The notes below the pieces were generated by a model. The model worked only from the letters and a program-made list of their open reading frames with translations. It did no database searches and was not told the DNA's origin. Made by a program: the position numbers and the translations under genes. DNA of 64,000 nt from Hypanus sabinus (taxonomy: Eukaryota), in contig NC_082714.1 of NCBI RefSeq assembly GCF_030144855.1, positions 94,426,001 to 94,490,000 of the forward strand. The letters run 5' to 3'. Shown one piece after another: positions 24,521 to 36,698 of the stretch (positions are counted from its first letter, which is position 1; every line of letters begins with the position of its first letter).

Positions 24521-26367
24521 TGTTGGACTATGTGTTGAAATTTAAGGACAGGTTACATAAAGCTCGTAGCTTAGCTAAGGAAAATTTAAAGTTGGCTCAG
24601 AAGAAAATGAAGACTTGGTATGATAAAGATGCTAGGATGAGGATGTTTAAGCCTGGAGATAAGGTGTTGGTTTTTTTCCCAGTGCAGGCAAATCCTTTAC
24701 AAGCTAGATTTCATGGTCCTTATGAAATTGCGTCTAAAATTAATGATGTGGATTACGTGGTAAAAACTCCAGATCGTAGAAGGTCAACACAACTTTGCCA
24801 TATAAATATGTTGAAACCATATTTTGAGAAACAATCTGATACTGTGACTGTTGTGGTTAGTGAGAATGAGTTTGATTTAACTAGGAACATGATAGATGAT
24901 TCATCTGACTTTCATTCTAAATCCAACATTGTTTCTGTTAGGTTACCAAATTCAACCATTCTGGAAAATATTGATGAAAAATTAGCACATTTACAGTTAG
25001 AGCAGAGAGAACAGATGAAGGAGTTGATTTTTAAATATAAGGAGTTGTTTCCAGATGTTCCGAGAAGGACTTCTATAGCTTCACATGATGTAGATGTTGG
25101 GGATGCCAAACCTATTAAACAACATCCATATAGGATGAACATGGAAAAATGTGAACTTGCTGAGAAAGAAATTGAATATATGTTAGAGAATAATATCATT
25201 AGACATTCTAACTCGAATTGGAGTTCGCCATGTGTTATGGTGCCAAAGCCAGATGGTAGTATTAGGTTTTGTACGGATTATAGGAAGGTGAATGCTGTAA
25301 CGAAAACAGATGCATATCCAATTCCTAGAGTAGATGATTGTGTAGATAAAGTTGGAAAGGCAAAGTTCCTTACAAAGATTGATTTATTGAAAGGGTATTG
25401 GTGTGTTCCATTAACGGACAGAGGAAGAGAGATTTCTGCATTTGTAACTCCATCTGGGTTATATGAGTATAATGTTCTTCCATTTGGGATGAAGAATGCC
25501 CCAGGTACTTTCCAGAGGATGATTAACTTTGTGATTCAGGGATTGAAAGATACTGATGCTTATATTGATGATTTAGTGACAGGAAATGATACTTGGGAAG
25601 CACACATTATTGCGATGGAGAAATTGTTTGAAAGGCTTTCAAAAGCTAACTTAACTATTAATTTAGCTAAGAGTGAATTTGGACATGCCACTGTGACTTA
25701 CCTTGGTTATGTTGTGGGTCAAGGTAAGGTAACTCCTGTTCAGGCAAAAGTTCAGGCAATTTTAGAGATTCCCACTCCAACGGGGAAAAAAACTCTCAGA
25801 AGGTTTTTGGGAATGGTAGGATATTATCGGAAATTTTGTAAGAATTTTGCTAATGTTGCCCTTCCATTAACTAACCTTCTGCGGAAGAATGAGAAGTTTG
25901 TATGGACGGTGCCTTGTCAAGAAGCATTTGAAAAATTGAAAACAATGATATGTTAACAACCTGTGCTTAAGGCACCTGACTTTGGAAAACCTTTTTCATT
26001 GGCTGTGGATGCTAGTGATGAGGCTGCAGGAGCAGTATTAATGCAAAGGAATGAGGGTGATGAGGTTGATCATCCAGCAGCTTACTTTTCTAAGAAATTT
26101 AATAAGCATCAAAGAAATTAATCGACAATAGAGAAAGAATTGTTATCTCTTGTTTTAGCTTTGGAATATTTTGAGGTATATGTTAGTACAACTCAGAAAC
26201 CACTTATTGTTTACACTGATCATAATCCGTTAGTTTTTCTGAGTAAGATGAAAAACAAAAGCAGAAGGTTATTAAATTGGAGTTTGATGTTACAAGAGTA
26301 CAATATTGTGATAACTCATATTAAAGGTAAAGATAATGTGGTTGCTGATTGTCTATCTCGATGTTGA
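24520..26367 (+). pseudogene. pol: Integrase C-terminus, reverse transcriptase and RNase H
   Basis: FCTDYRKVN, KIDLLKGYW, PFGMKNAPGTFQR, YIDD (25561-25572), LAVDASD, VYTDHNPL and NVVADCLSR. In-frame TAA near 25954 and near 26118. Confidence 0.92.
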
Positions 26368-26559
26368 ATGTACACTGTAATTTTTTTTTATGGAGTGGTT
26401 TTTTTTTTCAATTGTAACACTCCTACTGTATTGTGAGTTATAAGCTGTTATATGATGGTGTTGTGTATTGTATATGTTATAAAATTTATACCTTTGTTTT
26501 TCTTGTAAGCAATTGTTAAACATTTTTGCTCTTGTCAGACCAAAAATGTTTTTTTTTTT

Positions 26560-26568
26560 GGAGGGAGG
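26560..26568 (+). promoter_or_regulatory. Polypurine tract
   Basis: ggagggagg immediately before the 3' LTR tgttaca, preceded by a T tract. Confidence 0.85.
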
Positions 26569-27436
26569 TGTTACATACTCGTGACACATGACAGTGGTGC
26601 CCCTGTCATGTGACTGGGGTTGAAGCTGTACTGGACTTGAGGTGATGGTCTTGTGATGGTGGAATGACGTCATTTTCCCGCCAGTAGAGATCATGTGACG
26701 GGTTTTTTTTACAGGTTATAAAAGGTAGACCCCACCCTGTGAGGAGGGGCAGTTCGTGGCTGGATTTGCCAAGTTGACTTCATGCCACTGCGTGTTTGAA
26801 GTGATGACGCAGTTTAGTTGAAGGATGAAGTTTTTATTTAATGCCTAAAGTTTAAAAGGTTAATGCCAACAGGTTCTTTATGATTCTGTTAGTTCGAGGG
26901 AATTAGAGGAGAGTGAAGATTCAAGGTTGGAAGTAAAGATCGAGGAGAATCGCTTTCTACGGTGAAACGGGGGCGACCTTTGTTTGATCCTTATTTGGAA
27001 GGATTTCGTTGACTATCTTCGTGTTAATCCCTGGGTTTACTAGAAAGGATTAAGGATAGTGAGGAAGGAAAGGTCAGTGCCTTTAAGCCGTTCTGTTTCG
27101 TAAATTCTTCGTGGGAATTTCGACGTGGGGGATCGAAGCAAACGACGTGAAAGAGAATTTAAATCGTCCTGTAAAGTCTCTCCTTTTAAATGGACCGTGA
27201 GCATATAGAACTTTTGGCAATACCACTTTAAAGAACTGTTTTGGAATATCACTTTAAAGAACTGTTTTGGAATATCACTTTACGAACTGTTTGAACAGCC
27301 GCTCAGCAGCTGTTTCCGGTTACGGTAGTGTTTGTTTACTTTTGGGGGGTTTGTTTTCTGTGTTTAATAAACGTGTTGTTTGTTATAAGAAACCCTTGCC
27401 GAACTCATATATTTATTGTTGCCTGAATACGTAACA
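26569..27436 (+). repeat. 3' LTR (868 bp)
   Basis: Direct repeat of the 5' LTR. By eye it differs by about five substitutions and one 14-bp indel. Confidence 0.95.
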
Positions 27437-28413
27437 ACAGTGTGTCCTATAGTCTGCTCGAAAACTCATTTCCCTAATGTTCATACAGAAATTGGAAAAC
27501 TCTTTGCCATCACAAGCAAGACACCCACATTCCTCACATCATTCACCACCTCTGAGAACGTGTTTGGCGCGAATATGCCACACTATTTCTGGGTGCATAA
27601 ATCCTGGAATACTGGACAGGATATTCACTGATTCAAATTAACTTTATTCGCAAGGTCTGATTTCGAGCTGCGTTGTTACGGAGAAACACGTCAGTCTTAA
27701 CAAGTAGTACTTTTGGAGAAGGTGCTGGGCAGAAGACAGATTGGTCAGAGATTAGTGCGGGAACAACCGCGTTAGTATCCGTTCCTGATATAATCTGGGT
27801 TTGATCGTACCGTTCACACTCTTCTCGCTTTACAACGGTTCACAGACTTCCTCTATTTTTCCGCCAATTCTTCTTCGGTCACGGGGCAGCAATCTTGGAT
27901 ATCGAAAGAACTTTCTTCGATTCGGGACATCCCAATTAGCTTTCGCTCAATCGACAACTGAAGGTGTAATGTTTTCAAAGTTACTGTCAGATTTGGGGGG
28001 TTATTGGAGAACTGTAAGAAACTGGTCGCAAAAGAGGGACCAATAAATATCGGCACGCTGTGGGGAATCAGCGAAGAGATTGAGCAGTATTGAGGTGATC
28101 TTTACAGAATGTTAACATAACATTGGAGTAGGGGCGTCTAGATTTGTATGTGGACAGGAGAGTGGATTCAAAAACATTGTTAAAATACATGATGACGCGG
28201 CATAACCGCACAAGGTTGCGGACCCAGTGCAGAGAGATCGGAGCAATCAGGGTAACAATACATTCCCAAGGGACGAATGGTGCATTTTGTTTAGCAAATT
28301 TCATTGAATGCCTGTACTAAATTGTGTTTAATTCTGCGGAGGCGTTTCTAATTCCAGTAAGAGCATAATCAATATTTTTTTCTATCCCGCTTCTTTTCTT
28401 CTCTCTCACACAG

Positions 28414-28745
28414 GTAGCAAGACCCAGAAGCCTTTGGTTCTCTTGCTCCCTTCCTCGCTGGAAGAGACGGTATCCTGTCCGGCCACTCTGTCCTGCCTGG
28501 TGAGCGGCTTTAAGCATGTCTTGGTAGCGTTACGCTGGAGCGTGAATGGAGTCGAGACGGATGGAGCGGGGTGATGACAGGCGCTGTGTCTCTGGACACG
28601 GACCAGACCTACAGACTGAGCAGTTACTTTCGGATACCCGCCTCTGCATGGGACAAAGGCTCAATCTATTCCTGCAGCGTGAGCCACAGCTCGCTGAGCT
28701 CGCCGCCTGCGGAACACCATCACTTCATCAGCCTGTGCACAGCGA
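28414..28745 (+). pseudogene. Ig light-chain constant exon, sigma-cart (type I) type; frameshifted
   Basis: Acceptor ctctctcacacag ends at 28413. Across frames it reads SKTQKPLVLLLPSSLEETVSCPATLSCLVSGFKHVLVALRWSVNGVETDG / VMTGAVSLDTDQTYRLSSYFRIPASAWDKGSIYSCSVSHSSLSSP / LRNTITSSAC. The C1-set Cys and Trp are present, with two frameshifts. Confidence 0.92.
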
Positions 28746-29328
28746 GAAGGCGCCGGCTGGCAGCATACGCAGGTTGTTTCCTCTCGGTTAATGCATTGAT
28801 GCAATCAGCGGGAATGTGCAGCTTCCTTTGCAATGCGATTGTGTAGTAATGTCCGCTTATGGGAGAGTCAGAATATTATGTGATTTCGGGAAATGAGCCG
28901 GATGATTATCTTTCTTTTGTTACGCAAAATTCTGTTTCGAATTATTCTCACTGTGTTCTGCTTGAACTTCCGCGTTGTGTAGAAACAGGAGCGATCTCCT
29001 GTGCTTTAACCGAATTTCGTGTAACACAGCTCCGAATAAAGAGAAAACAGCCGTGGGTTTTTCCTTGGTCACTCTTTACTCGGCTTCCCGCAGTATTGGT
29101 AGCAGATAACGTGATCAAAATTACACTCAAACCCACTCAGACACCTGATTCCATCCTTCTAGTCTCTGCGTCCAGCGTGGGCCTCCCCGCTCCCACATTA
29201 TCGACACCTTCCATTTTCCGGTGTCTCCTCTACATTTCGAGCCACCGCTGTGGATGGGAGATCATCATCCTTATGCTTCCTGACCAAAGTGTTCCCACCA
29301 CTGGGAGCATTATACTGTAGGAATGTTT

Positions 29329-29533
29329 NNNNNNNNNNNNNNNNNNNNNNNNNNNNNNNNNNNNNNNNNNNNNNNNNNNNNNNNNNNNNNNNNNNNNNNN
29401 NNNNNNNNNNNNNNNNNNNNNNNNNNNNNNNNNNNNNNNNNNNNNNNNNNNNNNNNNNNNNNNNNNNNNNNNNNNNNNNNNNNNNNNNNNNNNNNNNNNN
29501 NNNNNNNNNNNNNNNNNNNNNNNNNNNNNNNNN
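29329..29533. other. Assembly gap (205 N)
   Basis: Run of N. Confidence 0.99.
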
Positions 29534-31518
29534 ACATTCGCTTCTGTATTTCATCGCTATATTCAAAGTTCAAAATGTGTTATAAACTACCCTGAGATCT
29601 ATTTTCCCACAGGTATTTACAGTAGAGGAAAAAAATGCAATACAAACAATGACAAAAACTGAGAAGCACCTTGGAAAACGACGACAAACGGTAAATAACT
29701 AAACAGATAGATAGAAAGGCAGTTAAATAAACATCCATAAATGAATAGACAACACAATTAAAACCAATGAATCTGTCAATAAATAAAGGAATAAAGGGAT
29801 AAATGGATAAATCCATTGTAGAGCCGTGAAAGAAGTGTGAGATGACTACAGAGCTCCCTTGACAAACGTTAAAGCTATATATTTCCTGTCTGTAGGGTGG
29901 ACCTTATATAGGCCGTCACTGAATGTGGATGCTCTGGCCATGCACTCAGAGAAAATGCAGTAACATTTCACATAAATGACTCGTGAGTGCTTTGTGATCC
30001 GCGGATCTGTAGTGGAGAAAAGAAGAAGTCGCAGGATGGGTAAAGTGGTGGTCCTCAAAGATCGTCAAATGTCGATATAAAAAGTAAAGGGGAAAGCGCT
30101 GTTCCCCGGGGGATCTCCGAGCTATATCTCACCAAGACCTGCAGGGAAGGTATAGAGTGTACCGTCACCTTTATAAACGGATAAAATTTTAACGCGCTTA
30201 TTTTGAAGGAGAAGGAGACTCCAACCAGAGATGCGGTGATCATGATTTGGTTGATGTTTGACAAGTGTGCCGTAATCCCACATACTTCCAGTCCCACTTC
30301 TACAATTGCGAGCACGGCACGTATTTGGCGCGACCCGGCAAAGGTAGAAACCTTATAAACTCAAGAGGTTCTGCAGATGATGCACATGACAGCAACAGAC
30401 ACAACATGCTGGAGGAACTCAGCAGGTTGGTCTCAATCGATAGAAAAGAATAAATAGACGATGTTCCGTGCAGGGTCACTTCTTCAGGACTGTTAAGGCT
30501 CTGCGTCCGAGGCTTCGACTTTTAATTTTGTTCCACACATACTGCCTAGCCAGCTCTTTCCCTCCAGCCTTTTGTATAGGCCTCTCAATTCGTCATTAGT
30601 GAACTTTCTGTGTTGGTTGGGTGGTGTCAACCTGTGCTAGGTTTTCATTGACCATTAATTTCCATACTAATCCTTCCATTTCTGGACTACATAGATCAAT
30701 GTGCGCGACATTGTTCACAATGGGTGGACACAAAGTAACCCGGAATTTGCTGTCAGTAAACCAAATTTAACAGCAAAAATAACTGAGGTTTGATTTTGTA
30801 CATATTAGGCCCTCAAGTCCTGACAACGCATCTTATAAATTGCCTCTGCACTCTTTCATTCTTACCGATTGATTTTCTACACGTAGGTGACAAGAAAAGC
30901 ACAGAAAACTCCAAATTAGTCTTCCTCAAAGATTTAAACAACTTCAATGTTTTTCTCAACTCATGTATGCAACATCCTTTGAGAGTCCATCCTCCTTCAG
31001 GAAATTATGGAACTGTATTCACAGATCACTGTTTCCACATTCTTCAGTGCCCTAACATTAACCTTTCATGTCCTATATTGGTTTCTCTTTACAAAATGCA
31101 ACAATCTCAGACTTGCGTTCTTTAAAATCTATTTGGAAAGATGCAGCCCGTTTTTCCAGCTTGTCCAGATCCCGTTGCAGGCATTGCTTGTCTTCCTCCG
31201 CGTAAGACTTTTAATATGAACTGGAATCATATTTTACCTGGAGCAGACAAATGATTAAAGGTAGGAATCAGAAATTCGGAAAGGGTGAGCCAGCTTAATA
31301 CATTTGGTGCCATGAAGATCTCCGTTTTTACGTCGACTCTTTCGATTTCATTTTAATGTCAGGCAAGCTCAGAATTTCATATTTTATCAGTGGCATATGT
31401 CAAGAAATCTGTTTTGTGGTAGTAGTACATTGAAATACATGAAAACAAAATAACTACATTGCAATAAGAAAAGTAATAAATTAAATTAGCACAAACAGAG
31501 AACTATATATAGCTCTCT

Positions 31519-31576
31519 GAATGAAGAACTTACGCTTGTATATATATATATACATACAAGCGTAAGTTCTTCATTC
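31519..31576. repeat. 58-bp near-perfect palindrome
   Basis: gaatgaagaacttacgcttgtat ... atacaagcgtaagttcttcattc: perfect 23-bp arms around a (TA)-like centre. Confidence 0.95.
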
Positions 31577-33329
31577 CGCTTTGAGAATTCAGATTGCAGA
31601 GGGTAACAATCGACTTGTTTGTGTTTGGGCTCCTGTACCTGTTCCTTGATTATAGCAATGAGAAAAGCGCGTGTCCTGGATGGTGCAGGTCCTTATTGAT
31701 GGATGCCGTCCTTTGAGGGATTGCTTTTGGATGCTGTCGTCGATGTTGGGTAGGTTAGTGCCCATGATGGAGCTGGTTGCGTTTACAACTTTTTGCAGCG
31801 TTTTCCGATCCTACGCAGAAGCTCATGCATGCAAAGTTAAAGCGTATCCAGAGTTGCAGTCGACATATTGGCGGGCAGGAGTGCTGATCGGGAGATGCAA
31901 ACTGTCCATATAGAATAACATGAATCGGTAATATAAGTATAATGACGTATCTAATCCACAACTATAAGAGTATTGTCAGTATAATTCAGAAATACGATTG
32001 GAATTTCAGGTGATTACAGTACGCGACTACTGCACGTCATACTGAATATCTGGTTGACTTCAACCTCCACAGATGTTGCAACTACGCGTTTCTATCTCTC
32101 AGATAGCCATAACCCTCCCTCCGAAAACGTTATCTCAGGCCGGAGTTGTTTGCTTTCTCTAAGATTCCAGGTAGGGAATCGTTCAAATGGTGTACATAAT
32201 AACGAGTAGCCCGAATACAATAAACGGGATGGGGGTTTCCTCTCAGAAGAGCGATCAAATAACAGGGTTGTTTAAATAAAGTATTTTCCTCACGTTACGG
32301 ATGTTAACTAGAGGAAACGCTTGAATGGATGCATAGGTCTGTAACTCTGATTGAAAGGCTGGCAATGTAGAAACTCCGTATAAGATGTGGGAGAAAATTT
32401 TGTCTTTTCAAGCAGTATCCATATAGACCAAAGCTTGCAGTAAACTGGCTTACTACGGAGTAACTCAGAATGATACGTGTGTTGGTCCAGGCGCGACACT
32501 CTAAAAAACAACAATTAACAATTATATAGTTTCACGAATTATATAAAAAATAGTCAAAACTACGAGGGTGGAATGAAATATACATGAATACCAGCATGTA
32601 CTTATGATATAAACCTATGTGGTAAAGATGGATTAATATATTTACAGTGTAGTGCAGTAATTAGAGAAGGTATGGGGGGTATTAACTAGAATGGTTGATC
32701 AGATTAATTGCCTGGAGGAAGTAATTTTTACGATGGCGTACACGTGGTGGCGTTATAATGCCATCTATGACCTGAGTAAGACCTGATCTGACAAGGTAAC
32801 TTCAACAACACAAACGAAACGGAGACGTGAAGTTGCACAGCGCCATTCTTGACAGCTTCAAGAAGACTTTACTCTATTGAGCTGATTAATAAAACCTGGT
32901 CATTCATGGAAAACAATAAAAAAATCTAAATACACAAAATACTCCGTGCACCTCTTCCACCATTGCTGTTTACCCATTTACTGCTAACATACAATCAATT
33001 GCGTCTTCGGTACACCCATGATACGCTGTTGGGAGCATATTTGTGAAGTTACAGTTCAGATGAGACAAATGTAAGAGAATCACCTACAACAGATACACAG
33101 ATATTCATAGATAGAGAGATAGGCAGATATAGAAATAGTAGATACATCAATAAATATGATTTATTGAATAGGATTCAATAAATAGACAATAACCATTAAA
33201 GGGTGATGGTATACATGGATTAATACATAAGTAATAGATATAAGTTGTAGAATCTTTGAAAGAGAGGCTATCGATCCTGGGATCAATAAAGCCATCCACT
33301 TAATTTCAGGAGCATGATACTTGAAGGTT

Positions 33330-34150
33330 AATAACTCTTCCTGAAACTTCGGCCATATGGACATTAGACATAGGCGTAGAATTAGGGCATCTGGCCCATC
33401 GAGGCTGCTCTGCCAGTCAATCATGGCTGATTCTTTGTTTTCTCCTCCTAAACACCATTTCACGGCCTTCTCCTCGTAACCTTTGATGTAAATTCCTATC
33501 AATCTCTCTCATTTATAAAACAAACGACTTAGACTGTACGTAGCCACAAGTTCCACAAATACACCACCATCTGGCTAAAAGAAATTCTCCACATTTTTGT
33601 TTAGAATGATTGTTTACCTTATTCCCTGCCACCATGGGAAGCATTCTTTCCGTATCTACTCTGTTCAGGACATTCAACATTCGAAAAATTTCAGTGAGAT
33701 CCCCTCTCATGCTTATAAATTCAAGCGAGTACGGACACAGAACCATCAAACATTTTTTGTATCATAACCCTTTCACTCCTGGCATCATCCTTGTGAAACT
33801 CCTCTCGACCCTTTCCAATGCCAGCATATCTCTTCTAAAATGAGGAACCAGAATCTCTGCACAATACTGCATCTGAGGCCTTACCAGTGCCTTTAAAAGC
33901 TTCAGCGTCACATCTTTGCTTTTGAATTCGAGACCTGGTGAAACGAATACTAACACTGCATTTGCCTCCTCGCTACCTGAAAGATAACTTTAGGGGTGTT
34001 TTGCACAAGGACTCCCAAGTTCCTTTACATCCCAGATTTTTGAATTTTCTCCCCGTTTAGAAAATGGACCGCAGTTTTATTTGTACCAACAAAGAGCATG
34101 TCCATGCATTCCCCAATATTATATTTGATTTGCCACTTATTCCCCTTTCT
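33330..34150 (-). mobile_element. CR1 LINE 3' fragment
   Basis: The minus-strand ORF ...LVRPQMQYCAEILVPHFRRDMLALERVERSFTRMMPG is the CR1 ORF2 C-terminal signature. Confidence 0.85.
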
Positions 34151-34206
34151 TCTGATCTGACTAAGTCCTTTTGCATCATCGCTGTTTCGACAACACTACC
34201 TGCCCC

Positions 34207-35400
34207 TGTCATAAGGGGGGCGTTGAGACCGAATCCAAATGCAGGATACAGACACTGAAGTACTAGGAACAGGACGGGACCAAACTAAAGGATAGGACAG
34301 ATTGCAGACTAGGCTAGGGAAGCAGGACCAGGACGAGGGTCTGGAAACAAGCGGCCTGGGGTGGACTCCAAGCCCGCAAGGGGACACGGACCCAGAACCT
34401 TGGTCTTGACTCGGGCTCGGACCCCAAACCAGGCGAAGACGTGATGAGGCCTTGGTATAGAGACTTGAGATTTGAGGCTTGAAACTTGAGACTCGGGTTC
34501 TTGGAGCTCACTCCTGGGCGCGACGCGGGACTCCTGGGCAGGACTCAAGACTCTACCCGACGGATGCAAGGGACAGAACCAACCGTAGGGTAACTGCAAA
34601 CGGCCTGGCTTCCCCGACGGAGGCATGTGACAGGAAGGGACTGAGCCAAACGCAGAGTTACGGCAATCGACCTGTCTTACCCAACGGAGGTGCGGACAGG
34701 AACGGAGCTCAGTCTGGGTTGGCTGCAAGTTTCGAGACGGCCGGTAACCTCGGCGGACTACGGAACAGCCAAATCCTTAACTCACTGAATGTTCTAGCCT
34801 TCCACCAGCTGGTTGCTCCAAGGGGAGACTGACGAGAAGACCCCCCAACCACACTTATTCCCAGGACCACTTATACACCCAGCCCCCAAAATGAGCATCA
34901 GGTGCTATGCTTAAGTCCAATCGAAACAAGTGACAGTCAGAGGACCCGGAGTTCGGAGTCCGCGGACCGGACGGTGACAATACCAACTCCCCCCCCCCCC
35001 CCACAACCCCTTCTATGGGAGCCTTCAGGCGGCTGAAGAGGCTCTCCAGGTCTAAGAACGACTCGGGCCGGTGAAGGGGTATATTCAATCAGGAGGGGAC
35101 CCCAAGGTGACGGGAGTTAGACGACAGTGTCTGCGTTGCTGGGTCCATGAATGGGAGGGGGTCATTCTGTCATAGGGGGCGGTTGAGACTGGATCCAAAT
35201 GCAGGACTCGGGCACGGACCCCAAACTAGGCGAAGAAGTGACGAGGCCTGGGTTTAGAGACTTGAGACTTGAGAAGTGGGTTCTTGGAGCTCGAGGCTTG
35301 AGTCTTGGGTTTATGCAGCTCGAGGCTTGATGCTTAGGTTATTGAAAGCTCACTCCTGGGCTGGACGCAGAACTCCTGGGCAGGACGCGACGGAGGAAAG
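34207..35400 (-). mobile_element. Internally deleted Gypsy (chromovirus-like) LTR element: complete LTR 34207-34979, about 190 bp internal, partial second LTR from 35168
   Basis: Both LTR copies begin tgtcata(a)ggggg..gttgagac..atccaaatgcagga on +. On the minus strand the 5' LTR is followed directly by ATG GAC CCA GCA (MDPA), and a G-rich PPT precedes the 3' LTR. Confidence 0.7.
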
Positions 35401-36620
35401 GAACAGAAATGGACAGACACAACCGAACTTCATCAGAGTATCCTTTTCAGGTTGATCAGTGTAATGAAATTCTAACCTAGTCAACATTTTCCTATTCTTT
35501 AGGTCTTTATTCCTGATGGCATATCTTGTAAATTTGCTCTGCACTCTTTCAAAGTTATTGATTGATTTTCTCTACGTAGGAGACCAGAACTGCGCAAAAT
35601 ACTCTAAATTTGACTTCTCCAAAGTCTTTCCAACATCAACATAGCATTTCAACTCCAGTATACAATATTCTTTATGCCCTTTGCTACACGTTGTGTTTCT
35701 TTCAATGATTTATGGATTTCAATTCACGGATTTGTTTGTTCGGCACATTCCTTAGGGCCCTATGGTTCATCGTGTAAATCCTTTCAAAGTGTAAAAAGCC
35801 TTATGCTTGTCTGTATTAAATTCCATCTGAAACTTTCAGGCATTTACCTGGCTTGTCCAGATCGCGCTTCAAGCTTTCATAGACTTCCTTCGGATAAGCC
35901 TTTAACGTTAATTGGAATAATATATAAACTGTAAGTGAAAAATAGTAAAAAGTAGGAAACAAAAGTTTGGAAACAGTGGCTGTTTATTCCAGGTTTGGTG
36001 CCAAGATCTCGTTTTGACATCGAGTCTCTGTATGTTATTTGAATGCAAGGCTAACTCAGAACCACGTTTACTATCACTGGCATATTTCGAGAAATTTGTT
36101 GTTTTATTGGCAGAACATGTTAATAAAAATGATAGTTCAATGATAAATATATAGAAAACAAATTTAGAAGTAAAGTACAAATAAAGACTAAAACATATAG
36201 TGATGTAGCGTACATTGTGCATTGAGAACCCTGAAGGCCGTGGAGAAGAAGCTGTTCCGGAAGCGTTAACGTGCGTCTTCAGGATCCTGTACGACACCCC
36301 CTCCACCGATGGAAGAAATGAGAAAAGGCATGTCCTTAATGATGAATGTATTCGTCTGAGACATCATTGTTTGAAGGCGTCTTCCATGCTGGAAAGGCTT
36401 GCGCAAAAGATTAAGCTGGCCGTGTTTCAAACTTTCTGCATGCATGTCCGGAAGAATGAGGTGAATGGGTAATAAGAGGATGATGATGTCCCCAGTTGAC
36501 AGCAGGATTGGAATTTCAGGGTGATCCCATTTCTTGATTGATTTTCGTCATTGTTAGTATCTGGTGCATACTTTCCTCTGCCTCCTCCACAGACGCAGAG
36601 ATGCTCGTGGATCTACTGAC

Positions 36621-36623
<3 letters not shown>

Positions 36624-36697
<74 letters not shown>
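36624..36697. repeat. (CT)n microsatellite
   Basis: Direct dinucleotide run. Confidence 0.99.

Positions 36698-36698
<1 letters not shown>

Larger units (their letters stand above)
20868..27436 (+). mobile_element. Full-length Gmr1-like Ty3/Gypsy LTR retrotransposon (gag-PR-IN-RT-RH), coding-defective
   Basis: Two TG...CA LTRs, tRNA-Pro PBS, PPT and a 4-bp flank pair actg/acag (20864-20867, 27437-27440). The integrase motifs precede the RT motifs. Confidence 0.95.

Noticed and set aside
20863-27442. The reconstructed empty insertion site reads cac(a/t)gtg, a perfect RSS heptamer, suggesting RAG-related targeting
   Set aside because: There is no nonamer at 12 or 23 bp on either side, and an isolated heptamer is expected by chance.
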